From Amphiscolops sp. MND2022 (taxonomy: Eukaryota), in assembly GCA_964187785.1 (NCBI GenBank), contig OZ076413.1, forward strand, positions 41,852,001-41,916,000: 64,000 nt of DNA, in the 5' to 3' direction. Of the stretch, positions 18,801 to 31,700 are shown piece by piece (within the stretch, counting starts at the first letter, position 1; each line of letters starts with the position of its first letter). The notes beneath the pieces are model-generated. The model saw nothing but the letters and a program-made list of their open reading frames with translations. It ran no database searches and was not told the origin of the DNA. The position numbers and the translations under genes were made by a program.

Positions 18801-20886
18801 TTTTTGAATTACAAAAATGCAATTACGAAGGGATTAAGATCTCGTGAACTGCCAAAGCGTTCCAATCAGAATTGACCAATGAAAACGTACTAAGACAATG
18901 AATGTCAAATAGACCTTGGGTATAGCATATTTTTATATTTTACCATAAAAATCAGTCATAAGTTAGTCGCGTATACACTACCCTGCATTGAAAAATCTTT
19001 TCCGACCAAAAGGCCTTTTTTGCAAGTTATTTTCTACCTTCGACCTTGAGACTCGTTGCAACAGTAGAACAATCTGATCTGAATGTTTTCGGAAAATTCA
19101 TTATCAAGAAATATAATACCTTTTGCTTTTTAATCAGTTTTTCAGCGTAGTATGGAATTAAATTGAGATTGAAATTAAATTGAAACGAATAAAACGGCTT
19201 TCAATTTACGTTTCGACTCATTTTCGAAGTGAGCACAGCAAGCAGTGCATTTAAGATTATAAACGCATTCCATTGAAAATCATTCATTTAACCATTGTTT
19301 TAATGAGGTTTATTCAGAATTTTTCCGGAAAAACTACTAGATTCTCGTAATAATTTCCGCTCGAAGAATTTGAAATAACAATTGTAAGCCGGAGTGATTA
19401 AATTAAATATGTAATTCACAACTATGATCATTAGACATGCGCCAACGTTCAGTGATGATATGGAAATAATATCGACTGTGTTAGGGTATGGAAATTAAGC
19501 AGAAAAGGTTATCGGGAAGGTTTCTCATGCGGAAACTTTCAAGTGATTTTTCCCGTTAGAAACAACCACCGTAAATAATCATTTCTTCCTTATGAAAAGA
19601 AGTATTCTCGCGTTTTTTTTCAATGTCAAATATAGAAAAAATCACACAAAAAGAAAACCAATTGCATTAACGTTCATGAAAAACATCGATATAAACTCAC
19701 TTTGTTCCAAGCTTTTAGTTCAATAATTTTTTTTAGTCAATTTAGAAAAAATCGGTACCCATAAGCTAGAGTTAACTGGGTACCTTGATTTTGAAGTGAT
19801 AGATTTCATAGCGAAAGCTGTCCGTGGCAAAAATCAGAAGAAATTTGCAGAAACCTGAGTTGGAGCAGCGCGTTTTAGTTATTAAAGTGGACACTTTTGT
19901 AAACACACAAAGAAACAATACAACCACTTCTGTTCGCTCGGTTTAAACGTAACACAAGCGCCATTATCCGCGACAAAAAACAACGCAAAAAGCAGCACGT
20001 GAACAATTTTTTGTTTTTTTTTGTAGTCTCGCACAATAATCCCGCTTCTTTTCCCGCTAAAACTGGTCACAAATATTCACCTTTCAAAAGTACTCCATTG
20101 TTTGGTGCCAATCTAAAAAAGGGAAGAGAAATTATGTGCATTAAAAGCACCCTCATAAAACCCAATTACCGCTGAAAAGCATTTCTCTTGAAGCCCAAAC
20201 CGGATACCCAATGCATTAATCAGCCGTGAAGCAAAAGCACGACGTTACGGCACCAACATAATTGATCAACTTTATCTTTTTTCCTGTTAATTTTCACCCT
20301 TTTCCCGTTTTTTTTTCTGCATCCATTAGTACAAATAGTCTCCTTCACTCTTCGCATAGTGTTGCAAAACTACCCTGTGAACCATAAAATCAAAAATCAG
20401 CCGGAAAGTAACCTATCCGTTTTAAAATTTTTTGTCTCATTCAAATTTGCTTTTCTGAAAAAAATATGTTCGTGCTTTTTACATGTACATTGACACCGCT
20501 TTTTTGAGAAATCTGAATTTGAAACCAAGGAAGACTGTGGTAAAAGTAATTACCAAAATGTCCGTATTAAAAATTCAGTTGCAATTTCAATTTTGATTTT
20601 GTATGCTGCATTTAATTAGTTTTACAACCAATACGCTTTCCTTCTGACATTTTTATATTGTGAATTGTAATAGAAAAACGGTTATATAATAGTACTCTGT
20701 TGCCAGTACTACCTGCTCGCAAAGAAACGAAACATTCCCAAGTTCCTCCCACGGGAGCTCAGTGAACTTTAGCCCAATACCATGTGTAGCAGAAAGCGCC
20801 TCAATATTCGCATCGGATATTCCTCTGCCATTTAATCAGCTGGTTGTAAAAAATAATTACACTTTATCATTATAACCAGCCAAGTT

Positions 20887-22194
20887 ATGAGTTCTGAGTG
20901 GAGTTACGGATTGTGCAGCTGCAGCGCCAACTACTTTTGGGGTGCCGTCACTTTTTTCTGTCCCTGTGTTACTTCTGTTGCCGGTATGACCAAAATAAAG
21001 AATTCTGAGAAATCATTTAGTTAACACGTAGTCGAATCAATTCGATTTTCTTGTAAATCGAAAAGCATTTCCAAAAAAAAATTGGAACTCGCTTGAAGAA
21101 TTTATCAATTTCAGAGATAACAGAAACTTTTTTAGATTTCAGAAACTCATTTATAAACTAACCACGACCAAATTGACAATTAAAAAACCATCTCTGTTTT
21201 TCAAACAAAAAAATCAAATCAATTTACATAAAATTGTTTTAAAAACTAGTATTTTCAGAGAATAACTTTTAGCATTTTCCAAGAAGACAATATTTTCAAA
21301 TTAAAAATGTTGGTCATCCCTCTTCATTTCTAGTCGCCAAAAAAATTGACAAAAAGATTTTAGCAGGTTTTATTTTTCTTCTTTACATGGTTTTTATTAC
21401 AACTCAACTCGTATTTGGTTTTATCGTTAACCGAGCAGTCATTTCGAGTGCGGACAGTTCCTACAGATCAGACTCCACCGATTTCACCCAGAGGTTCAAA
21501 GGACCCCTCCGCCGCAATTCCGATGTGCAGAAATGGTTGGAAAAGTCTGGCTACGCTTTCCTGGCAGTTGTATGTGCTTACTTTTTCCTCTCTTTATTCG
21601 AGGCCAGACTTCGTTCAGGTTGGGGTGCCAGAAAATTTAAAAATGGTTTCAATTTCGTATGAAAAAGGTTGAATTTTCGAAAAATAGTGTTTAGTTGAAT
21701 TTTATGAACAAACAAAAAATTTTAAATCCCGTATACCTAATTCAATTTTAATCCATAACAAGCCAAGAGCATCATAAATATTGTAAGGAAGGTACTGTGG
21801 CAAAAAACGAAAAAATTTTGTAAAACTTGAAAACATTCAAGAATTCAACAAGAGCCTTTGGTGTGCCAAATTTCATTATACACCTTGTGGTAGAACGTTT
21901 TTTTGATCACTTTTAGAGGATTGAAAAAAAAACGAGGAAAAGTTACTGCAATTGTAGTCGATCTGTATTTCATTTAGCGCTGAACAAAAAAGCACTGTAA
22001 CTGGAAAATGTTCTTGTTCAGGCGTACGGAAAGATTTCGACATTGAAGGAACATTCTGTGAAGATTGCTGTACTGTCGCTTGTTGTCCTAAATGCTCTCT
22101 ATGCCAAACTTATAACGAGACTGTTTATCAACAAGAGCGGATCATGATTCATCGAGGAATCTGCACTGAAAACTTGATAATCAGCAGAATTTGA
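20887..22194 (+). CDS. PLAC8: PLAC8/cornifelin-family Cys-rich protein; exons 20887-20983, 21334-21618, 22022-22194 (184 aa)
   Basis: Spliced frame MSSEWSYGLCSC...FFCPC...VAKK...ARLRSGVRKDFDIEGTFCEDCCTVACCPKCSLCQTYNE; both GT-AG introns are phase 1 and join in frame. Confidence 0.85.
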
Positions 22195-22748
22195 CGCAAA
22201 AACCAAACCATCTTGTCAAAAAATGGGAAGAAAGTATTCTGGGAAAATTCTGTGGGAAGATAACTTAATTAAAGTTGGTTTAAAGATGTTTTTATGTTTA
22301 TATGTAGTATGTAGTCTTTCCAATGTTGAATTCCAAACTTCTCTCAGATATGTCATTTTTTTCAATGAAATTATTTTCTTTGAAAGGGTGAGAAATATTG
22401 GTATTTTGTTTAAGTATTAATTATCATTTCAAGTTGCCATCACAAGGAAGGATTGGAGACCCAAGTCCAAGAAAAACAAATAAAATTAGATTAATTTCTG
22501 GACAAACTGGCTGCCTCTGAAGTACATCATCTTTGTGCCCGCAACTGAAGTTGAGATTAACGTTTCATTCAGGAAGGTCCATTTGTCAAGAATCATTATA
22601 CTTTTACAATTACATGAGGAATCAAACAGTTTTACAGAGACCAAAGAAACCATTTGACCAATTTTTAGTTCTATTTTAATTGAGTGAAGAGGATTGTTAT
22701 TTTTATATTTTAAAAAATATATAGATTCGAAAAGATGTAAATTCTGAC

Positions 22749-25700
22749 CTGTTTGACCCAAGCAGTGTAGTGCAGCATTTCGTACTCAAGGAGACATTTG
22801 GCCAGTCGGTTATAGAATTTAATGTGCTTCTTACCCTCCGCTGTCTCCATCAACGCAGGAGCTTTCTCCTAAACAAAACAACCAGAAGTTGAACAAAAGT
22901 TGCATAGAATGCCAAAAAATGCAAACAAACATGATGGCATATCAACAAAAACATTCAAAAATGGTAGAGAAATTGTTCAAAATGATATAAATTTGAAAGG
23001 CATTTTTGAGCAAAAAACATCAGATTTCTCTTCTAAAAAGCAAGTCATATAGTTTTATTGCTTCTACGTGGAACTCTGTGGATTCCCTAACCTTTGCAAA
23101 CATTCAGAAATAGTACAAAAGTTGCTTAAAAAGGTCAAATGATGTAAATTTTGGAACCTTTGGAATTTTTGGTGCCATTTTGGGGCACTTTTGGTAGGCA
23201 CTTTTCTACCACAAAATTTCAAATATATCGACGTATACTTCTCCATTGAACGTAATTTTATGGCAGTTGACTTCTGTGGACTTGAGTGATTTTCCTTTCC
23301 AAAATGGAAACATCGGCGGAAACTAACAACACGTGCATTGACAACACATTTACAAGTCATAAACAAAAAGAAAATGGGTCAAAACTTAGGCTTCTGCTTA
23401 AAGATCTAAAATCGCAAAGTCCTTTGACAATGAAAAGGACTGTTTTCGAGACAATTTGAGCTCTTTTTGTATACATATGGTTGAAAAGAATAAAGTATTA
23501 ATAGGGGGATGGATCCCTTTGGGAACATTGGAATCTTTTCTTTGAGAACACACCTGTAACTCCCAGATAGGCACATTGATGCGTTTGAATAGGATTCGTG
23601 CCCATGTAATTTTTCCCGCAATCGGAGGGTAGTTGTTGTTCAAAGGGGGGTCCGTCTTCTGCTTCGAGTAGACCTTGTTCACATTTTCCACCTCCCGTCC
23701 GTACTGGGCCAAAATCTTGTGGTACACTTCGGCTACACCTAGTTCTGGTAAACCCAGCCTAAAAATATCATGGTGAAGTTTCATGATCATGAATTGAATT
23801 AGTGGCTTTCCCCATATGAAAATGAATTACCTGATTTGGTTTTTTATTTGGGTTTGGTAAGAGGCTAAGAGAATGATGTAACAAAAGGCGCAGTGGCACT
23901 GCGATATTTTTTTCACACCATTACATAAGAATATGTTCAAGGGAGGGCTTTCAGGATTTTGAAAAAATATTACTGAAAATATCAACAAACAGAAGTATCG
24001 AACCTCTAGTGACCCCGCAGAGGTCCTGCTTCTTCAAAGAGGTCACCCCCCGGAAAACGGTTTTTCTGAACGGAAAACCTCCAGAAAACCAAAAAATATA
24101 ATTCTTTTTTTCTATTTTTTTTTGGTGAATCGAATTAACACGCCAAGTGGCAGCATATGAGTTTGGAAGAAGGAAAAGAAGAAAATATCCACTGCTGAAA
24201 CTAAAAATTTCTTAAGAAAACGATAGAATAAAAAACAAGACGCCCGCTGACCAGTGGGATATTTTCCGTCCAAACTGTTAAAGCAATGAAATTCTTTTGA
24301 GACTCAAGAGTAGCCTTTACACTATGAAAACGCTTAGAGGTTTGATGGAAAAAGGTTTGACACCTTTTTGAATAATGTTATGCCATTTCAGAAGGAAACA
24401 CTTTAGGAAGACACCAAACACCTATTTGTTTTTTCCTCAGATTGTGTGTAACCTAACCAATCAATTTTTTTTCAAATTTGCGTGAAGTTGCCAAAAATAT
24501 CATAAATTGTAGATTTTTGCTTTTCGACAAATTTGCGGCCATTTGAGGAACTTTTATAAGAAACTGTAGATGTCTTTTCGAAAACGCTTTTTGGATAACG
24601 TGTCTATTCATTCTTGAATTACAAAATTGCTCGAAACGTTTACATAAAAGTATATCAACATTTCAAAAACAAAAAACGGATTTTCGCTAAAGTTCAAATC
24701 ATTCTGACGAACTTTTTGCATACACAATTGTAGATTCCCTTTTTGGACATTCTGCATGCCTACTCAAAAAATTTAGACTTTTAGAATATTACGAAATTTT
24801 GGTAACTTTCAAAAGAAATTCACTAATTTGTCAAACAACTGCCAAAACTTTTTTCGACTATTATGGGGTCATTTTGAGGCTCTTTTCTAACGTGAAACTG
24901 CAATTCACCTGCAAAAAACCTACTGAACATTGCATTCGGTCGCTTTTGAGGGTTTTTTTCTTTCAACGATTGTAACTTCTCAAAAAATTCGGAACTTTAC
25001 ATAAGAAACATTGAATTACGACTTTTTATATCGAACTAATCAGGGCCACTTTTGAAGTACTTTTGAAGCTAAATACTGCAACTCTCTTCAAAATAGCATA
25101 CTGCATAGCTAGTTTCAACGTTTTTGATTGTTTTGAACTTTCTTGGTCACAGAAACTTTCAAAAATTGAACACAAACTGCAGGAAAAACAACAGACTTGA
25201 AAGATTTCTGATGTAAAACACTGTAATTTTCTCATCAGAAAGGAAACTACATACCTGATTCTATCACCTCGGAATGTTTTGAACTATCTAACACACCAAT
25301 ATTCTCAAAAATGATACTCAAATAACATGAAAAACCTAAATAAACTGGAATTTTTAGGACTTTTCGACAATTTTTCTGTCAATTTAAAGCCTAAATTATT
25401 ATCAGAAACTGGCACACATCCCATCAAAAAGCCCACAGGAGAACGCTTTCAGTTGTTGTTGAACTGTTTTAGAAATTTGATCCATGAAAAGGTTGAAGTT
25501 TTTACGAAAGTTGCGTTGGAAAATACAAAAATGTAAAAAAGTAAGATTTTTTGACTATTTCGTGGTCCTTGTTGCCTTTTTTATCTACAAAACTGCATTT
25601 ATCTCGCAAACAACCCTATTGGACAACGAAATCATTCGCTGTGGATCGTATTCAACGTTTTGATCCACGAAATCTCTAGAAATTTGACAACAGTTGCATA

Positions 25701-28700
25701 AAAGATGAAAAATTGGTACATTTTGAAGTTTTCGTCCTTTTTAGTCGCCTTTTGTGCGTTTTTTTCAGTAGAAAACTTTGTCTACTTCTTAACAAAAGCC
25801 TCTCCGACAACGAATTTGTTCCTTGATGAACGTTTTTATTTTTTTAAGCCACCAAGTTTTTCGAAAAATTACACAAAAACTGAATAAAATTTTCAGAAAC
25901 CAGAATTTTTTTGGTATTTTGTCAATTTCGGTCTGAATTTGATGCATTTTTCCAGAACAAATACTTTTACCTTTTCAAAAAAGCCCCCGGACAACCAACT
26001 GTTTCCTTGTTGAACGTCTGTGAGTTTCTAAGCCGCCAAATTTTTGGAAAAATACTCAAAAATTGAATAAAATTTTCAAAAATCTGAACTTCTTAGTTTT
26101 TTTTGTCAATTTTGGTGGTAATTTGATGCATTTTTCCAGCACAAATTGTTTTACGTCCTCAAAGAAGACCCCCGGACAACGGTGTTTTTTTGTTGAACGT
26201 CTTTGACATTCTAAGCCACCAAGTCTTTCGAAAATTAGACAAAAATTGCATAAATTTTTCAAAAATCTGAATTTTCAAGTGTTTTTGTCAATTTCGGTAC
26301 GAATTTGATGCATTTTTTTCAAGCAAAAATTGCCTTTATATCTTCAAAGAAGCCTCTCGGGCAACGAATTTTTTCCTTTTTGAACGTCTTTGACATTCTA
26401 AGCCACCAAGTTTTTCAAAAAATAAACAAAACATGCATGAAATTTTCAAAAATCTGAAGTTTCTGGGATTTTTGTCATTTTCGGTCTGAATTTGAGGCAT
26501 TTTTACAAATCAAATTGCATTATAACTTCGACAACGCCTCTTGGACAACAAAATTTTTTTTGTTGAATGTTTTTAACTTTCTAAGCTAGCAAGTGTATCG
26601 AAAATTTGAGAAAAATTGCATAAAAACGGTAATAATCCAAACTTTTTGGACGTTTTTTTAATTTCGATTGCAGTTTGAGGCATTTTTCCTTTATAAAGTT
26701 GCATTTATTTCTTTGAAAAAGCCTCTTGGATAACGAAAATTTTCTCTTTCAACATTCAAAGCCACGAAATCTATCGAAAATTCGACAAAAATTGCATAAA
26801 ATCGGTAAAAATCGGAAAATTTTGCAGTTTTTACTATATTCGGGTCATTTTTGGGTCATTCTGGGGTCTTCGGGGTCAACCAAAAAAGTCCAAAAATCTT
26901 CACAAATACATACCGTATGATGCTAATTTTACATCAGCTGAATTTTATGTAACACTTTAGCTTTGATATAAATAAATTCTTGGCAAATTTTGTTAAAAAA
27001 ACCGTCTGATTTAAATATTTTTCTTTTCCATATGAAATATGGACGGAAAATAACAATGAATGCTGATAACTCTTGAGAATAACGAACACAACAAAACATC
27101 GACGGTTGAAACTTTGACAGAATTCGTCAGCTGCTAATCTTTTTGAAACATAATCGGGCCACGAAAGTAACGATTCAAAATTTTCATCACGACAGTTTTA
27201 ATCACGGATCTCTGACATATCAGTTGAGAAAAATTGCCCTCTGAAAATGTCAAAATATTTCTTGAACGAATTTCAATATTACTGAACATGCGTTCAACTG
27301 GTTGCATTGTCAAATCATAGAATTTGGTCAACTAACTTTTCAAATTTTTCTGCAATTTTCAAAGCATTGTGTGTTTGTAGCCCTCTGTCGAAAATATCCA
27401 ACATCAGTTTTCTAATTTCATCCTGCAACTTTCCAGTTTTTCTCTTCATTTCCTCGAAATCGTTGTCGAAATCTTGCCTTCTTGCATCCAGGAAATCATA
27501 CTTCTTTCCTTTCATTTCTGACATCATGGCTTGAATTCGAGTTGAAACTGCTTCCAAACCTTCAATTTTGGCATCGCCCAAATTTTCGAAAGTCTTCATG
27601 ATTTCAAACATCTCCATGATTTTGTTCACTCTTTTGACAAATGTGTCGAACTTGCCAAAAACATACATCTCCGAGAACTCGAACTTTTTCTCCTCTCTCA
27701 TTTCTTCGAGACGTTTTTTGGCCAGTTTAAATTGACGTTGATACTCGGTGTTGAGGTCGACACTTACTTGGAGTTTTTTGATCACCATTTCGCGTTCTTG
27801 CGACCAGATGGTTTCTGTGCCTCCCACTGTTATGTAATTCTTACAGGCTAAAGAAAAAATTGAAGCGAGAATATTCGAAAAGAAAATATTATTTACTAAA
27901 CTTGGTGTAAGTTTGGTTTTTCTGTTCCCACCACCAACAACAACAGCAGCCATTTTTTTAAAAATATTAAAACAAAAGACAACCCTAAAAAGACCAGGAA
28001 ATTTCCGGATTCATCCAAAAATCTGGTGCTTATACTTTAAACCGAAATTTGGCGCGTTAAAAGAAGAGAATCAAAGCTTTCAAATCGATTTTTGAACTGC
28101 TGGGCTGGGTTTTTTGCTCGAAGTCCTCCGCTGGCATGTGGCTCCGCCACACCGGCTCTGGACTTTGCGCCCAAACTTTGCAAGCCTCGTTTTTCTGACT
28201 GCATTTCTGCATGTTTCAAAACATGCTATGGTCACTTTGACCCAATTTTGATACCAGTGGGATAAAGCGGCCACAAACGAAAACTGAAAAAACGGAAAAT
28301 CTGCGCTGTTTTTTTGATTTTTTGGTCCCGTTTCCTTGATTTTGGAGACAGCATGTCAATATTGAACGTGAAAAGGCTTGCAATGCTATGTTATATCGTC
28401 TGAAAATCTTATTCAAGAGTTTTCTTTACCATATGGTCAGCTGGTTCGCTTAGAAGTTTTCAGAAACTAATTGGTGATAAGTCGTACCAATGGTCCATTT
28501 AGGGTTATAACAAAACCAGAAACCTTCAATTTTCAATATATTTTCAGGTTGACAGTTTAAATTCAGATATGAAATTTGTTTACAATTTTCTCCTTATAAG
28601 ATTACGAATGTTTGATTAGGATATCAACAGCTTCAATTTTTGAGTCACAAAAAACAGTTAATTCTATCATAACCACAGTTCAAATGTGTGAAAATTTTTT

Positions 28701-31700
28701 CAATAAACAAAAATCTATCCGAATGAAAGTTAATGTCCTGTTGTAGAAAATGATTTCACTTTCAATCAGGCCAGTTTCAAACTTCTTTGAAATTTTCCTA
28801 TGACAAATTTTTGTGGGGGAGGGTAGGAAAGTACCGCGAGTTCCACACGCAGAAATGTTTAAATTGTTTTCAAAAACGCAAAAAATTATGACATTATCTT
28901 CCAAGATCATGACAAAATAATGGCAATATCATGATAAGATTATGATGAGATTACTTCAAGATACAGACAAAGGTAGTTGGTAATTTTCTATGGATCTTGG
29001 CAATTCTTCGATTGGCGGTTATGAGCGCTCGTCGTGAAAATGAAAATGTAGCAATTTTTTAAAGGTCATGACTGCAGCAATTTAGAATACTTAATTTTGC
29101 ATTCAAACTGTCTTAGTTTCGAATTACTAAACAATATCAACAACAACAAAATTATTCCTGAGTAGCGTTATTTTTAGTCGGCGCTTTTAGAAAAACAGAG
29201 CCCGACTATTATTCGATTATAAATACTATAAATTTCATCAATAAACTTCAATCTGCCTAATTTTATGGTTATCAAAGAGGGAATGGAGGTGGAATCGAAC
29301 CTGTGATCATCTGATTGGTGACCTTAATGAAGAGTGACGTCATACGCTCTGAGGTGTTGTAGAAATGACTGATTGTGTAGATCATGCGGATGGCGTTTAT
29401 TAGACCAGGAATGGCCTCAACCATCGACACCTGCGAACAACAGCCCAAATAATATTCAATTTGTCTCCTGTCTATTGTTTAAAAGCCGCGGCTTTTAAAA
29501 CTAATGGCACCGAGTTTGTAACTGTGGCTATTCTCGATATGTCGAGATCTTACATGAACTGATTATAATCTTATACATGTATTCGGTGTTGAACGCCTAC
29601 TTTCAAGAAACAATATTGGTTTGTCGAGGGGCTCAACTCATCTTGACCAACAGAGCAATGAAGTTATTATTATTTGACTAAATGACAAGCATTGGAATTT
29701 TGGGAATTGAATTCAACTGTACTTGTCTCCCAATCTTTTTTTTTGACGTAGAAGTGAACATTTCCCCCGCTTTTGACATTTATGGGCAAAATATGTTTCA
29801 TGTATTTCCAGTCGTGTTGTAACTCCCTTTGATGAAAAAGTCACGAAGTGTATGTGTGTGTGGGGGGGGGGGGTGTTGGTTGGGATGTTTGGGTACTAAC
29901 AGGGTCGCTGGAGTAGAGGGGGTCGCAGTACTTGTCTAGAGTGTAGAGGTACTTGACGTTGTCCTTGGCCTCGTTGGCCAGCGTGGTGATCTTGCTGTCT
30001 ATCTCCTGCCACTGTCTGATCGTACCACTCTTGGCCACTTGCAGACACACCAACACTAAAACATCAGTGAGTCATCACGTCCATGCTCTAGCAATTTATC
30101 ATTTTTTGTTTTCTCAAGACACGAAAATCCAAAATTTTTTGGTCGGTAAATTTTTTTCCAAGAGTTTCAGAATGAAACTAGTAGATGCTGGTGTTAAAAG
30201 ATGCATAGTGCTTCTAACTTGGTGTTTCTCAGTACTAAAACGTTTTCAGATCATTTGGATTTCCTATGCATTTTTATCAATGATAAATTCTCTACCTTAT
30301 GTTAATATCGTCTGTGTTCTAATCTACCCTAGCTGAGGAAAAGTATATTTTTGCAACAATGGGTCAAGAAATTTGCCTTTTAAAAAGATTTTTGAATGGA
30401 TTCCTATCATCGATGATAAATTCCTGCAAGATTTACTCCAAGATCAACATGGATCAGTGGAAAGACTTCAAAGCGTATTTCATTGAGACTAATAATGACC
30501 AAAGCCCAGACCAATTTTCTTTACTAATAAGAGAGGGAAAATGGCTCAAGTGCACGCCCCATTTAAGGCTCAAAAAGCTAAAAGTCTCATTAAAAGGCTC
30601 ATGATGGCTGATATGAAACTCTTAGATTTCAGAGTACCGAAAAATTGGAAAGGGGCCTGTTGGGTTCAAGAAATTCTGAAAACATCAAAAAACGCAAAAT
30701 ATCATTTTTGAAACAAATTTCCTTCGAAAAAAGTTGCTCTTTGTCAGAAAACCCAAAGGGGATCCTTTAGGTGCCGAAAAAAACCTTAAGGGAGGACCCT
30801 TCAGTCCCACATAATTTCGAGCATACGGTGAAACTATAAAATACTGAAGGAGACAACCCTTTAGCGACCTAGGGTACCGTTAAGAACTCAGGCGGAAAGC
30901 CTGTAACAATGGACCAATCAGTGTCAGGTCTGTGGTCTTCCTAATGCTTGCCAAATATCCTCTTCTCCGAATGACCCACTGACCCGGTTTTAGAGGAGGG
31001 GACATACCTGTTTTGACCTTCTTGCTCTTGATTTGGTCGATGAGGGAGCTGAATTTGGCCATGCGATCCTTCCAGTACTGTAGTTCTGCTCGGGGGCCTA
31101 TGTTATCGCTCTCTCTTCTCATCTGTTCACTCTCAGCCAACACCTAAAACGTATGCATAAGTCATTTATCAGGGCTTCTCCTCAAAACAAACTCAGTTTC
31201 GCAATTTTTTTCTTGCATGATAACACAATATACATAATACACGCATAGTAAGCATCGGACCACGGCGTGATTTCATTGTGAGTTAGTTTTGGTAGTTCCA
31301 GTAGATTGACCAACTTTTAAAATACTGTGAGAAGTCATAGTAAGAAAAGAGCAAATATCCTGACGCAGATAAATATATATCATGAACATTTTTGTTGCAC
31401 CAGAACTGAAATCCATCTGCGTTGCGATGCAGATGTCAAATTTAGTGTTGCAACTATTGTTTTGCTGCAGTCCTTTGATTTTGACGACGCGAAACTTTAT
31501 TGGTTTCAATGTCATCTTGGCTACAGAAGAACATAATGATCTGAAATTCTGAAGGTTCTTGTCCGAGAAGATATAGTTGATTTTTGTGCTAGTTGTACAG
31601 TGCAACAAAAAAGACTGCTAATTCAGTTAATTGAAAACCGACATCAAGCCTGTTGATACCAACTTTGCCGGTTGTCTGTCTATTCATAATCAACTCTACC

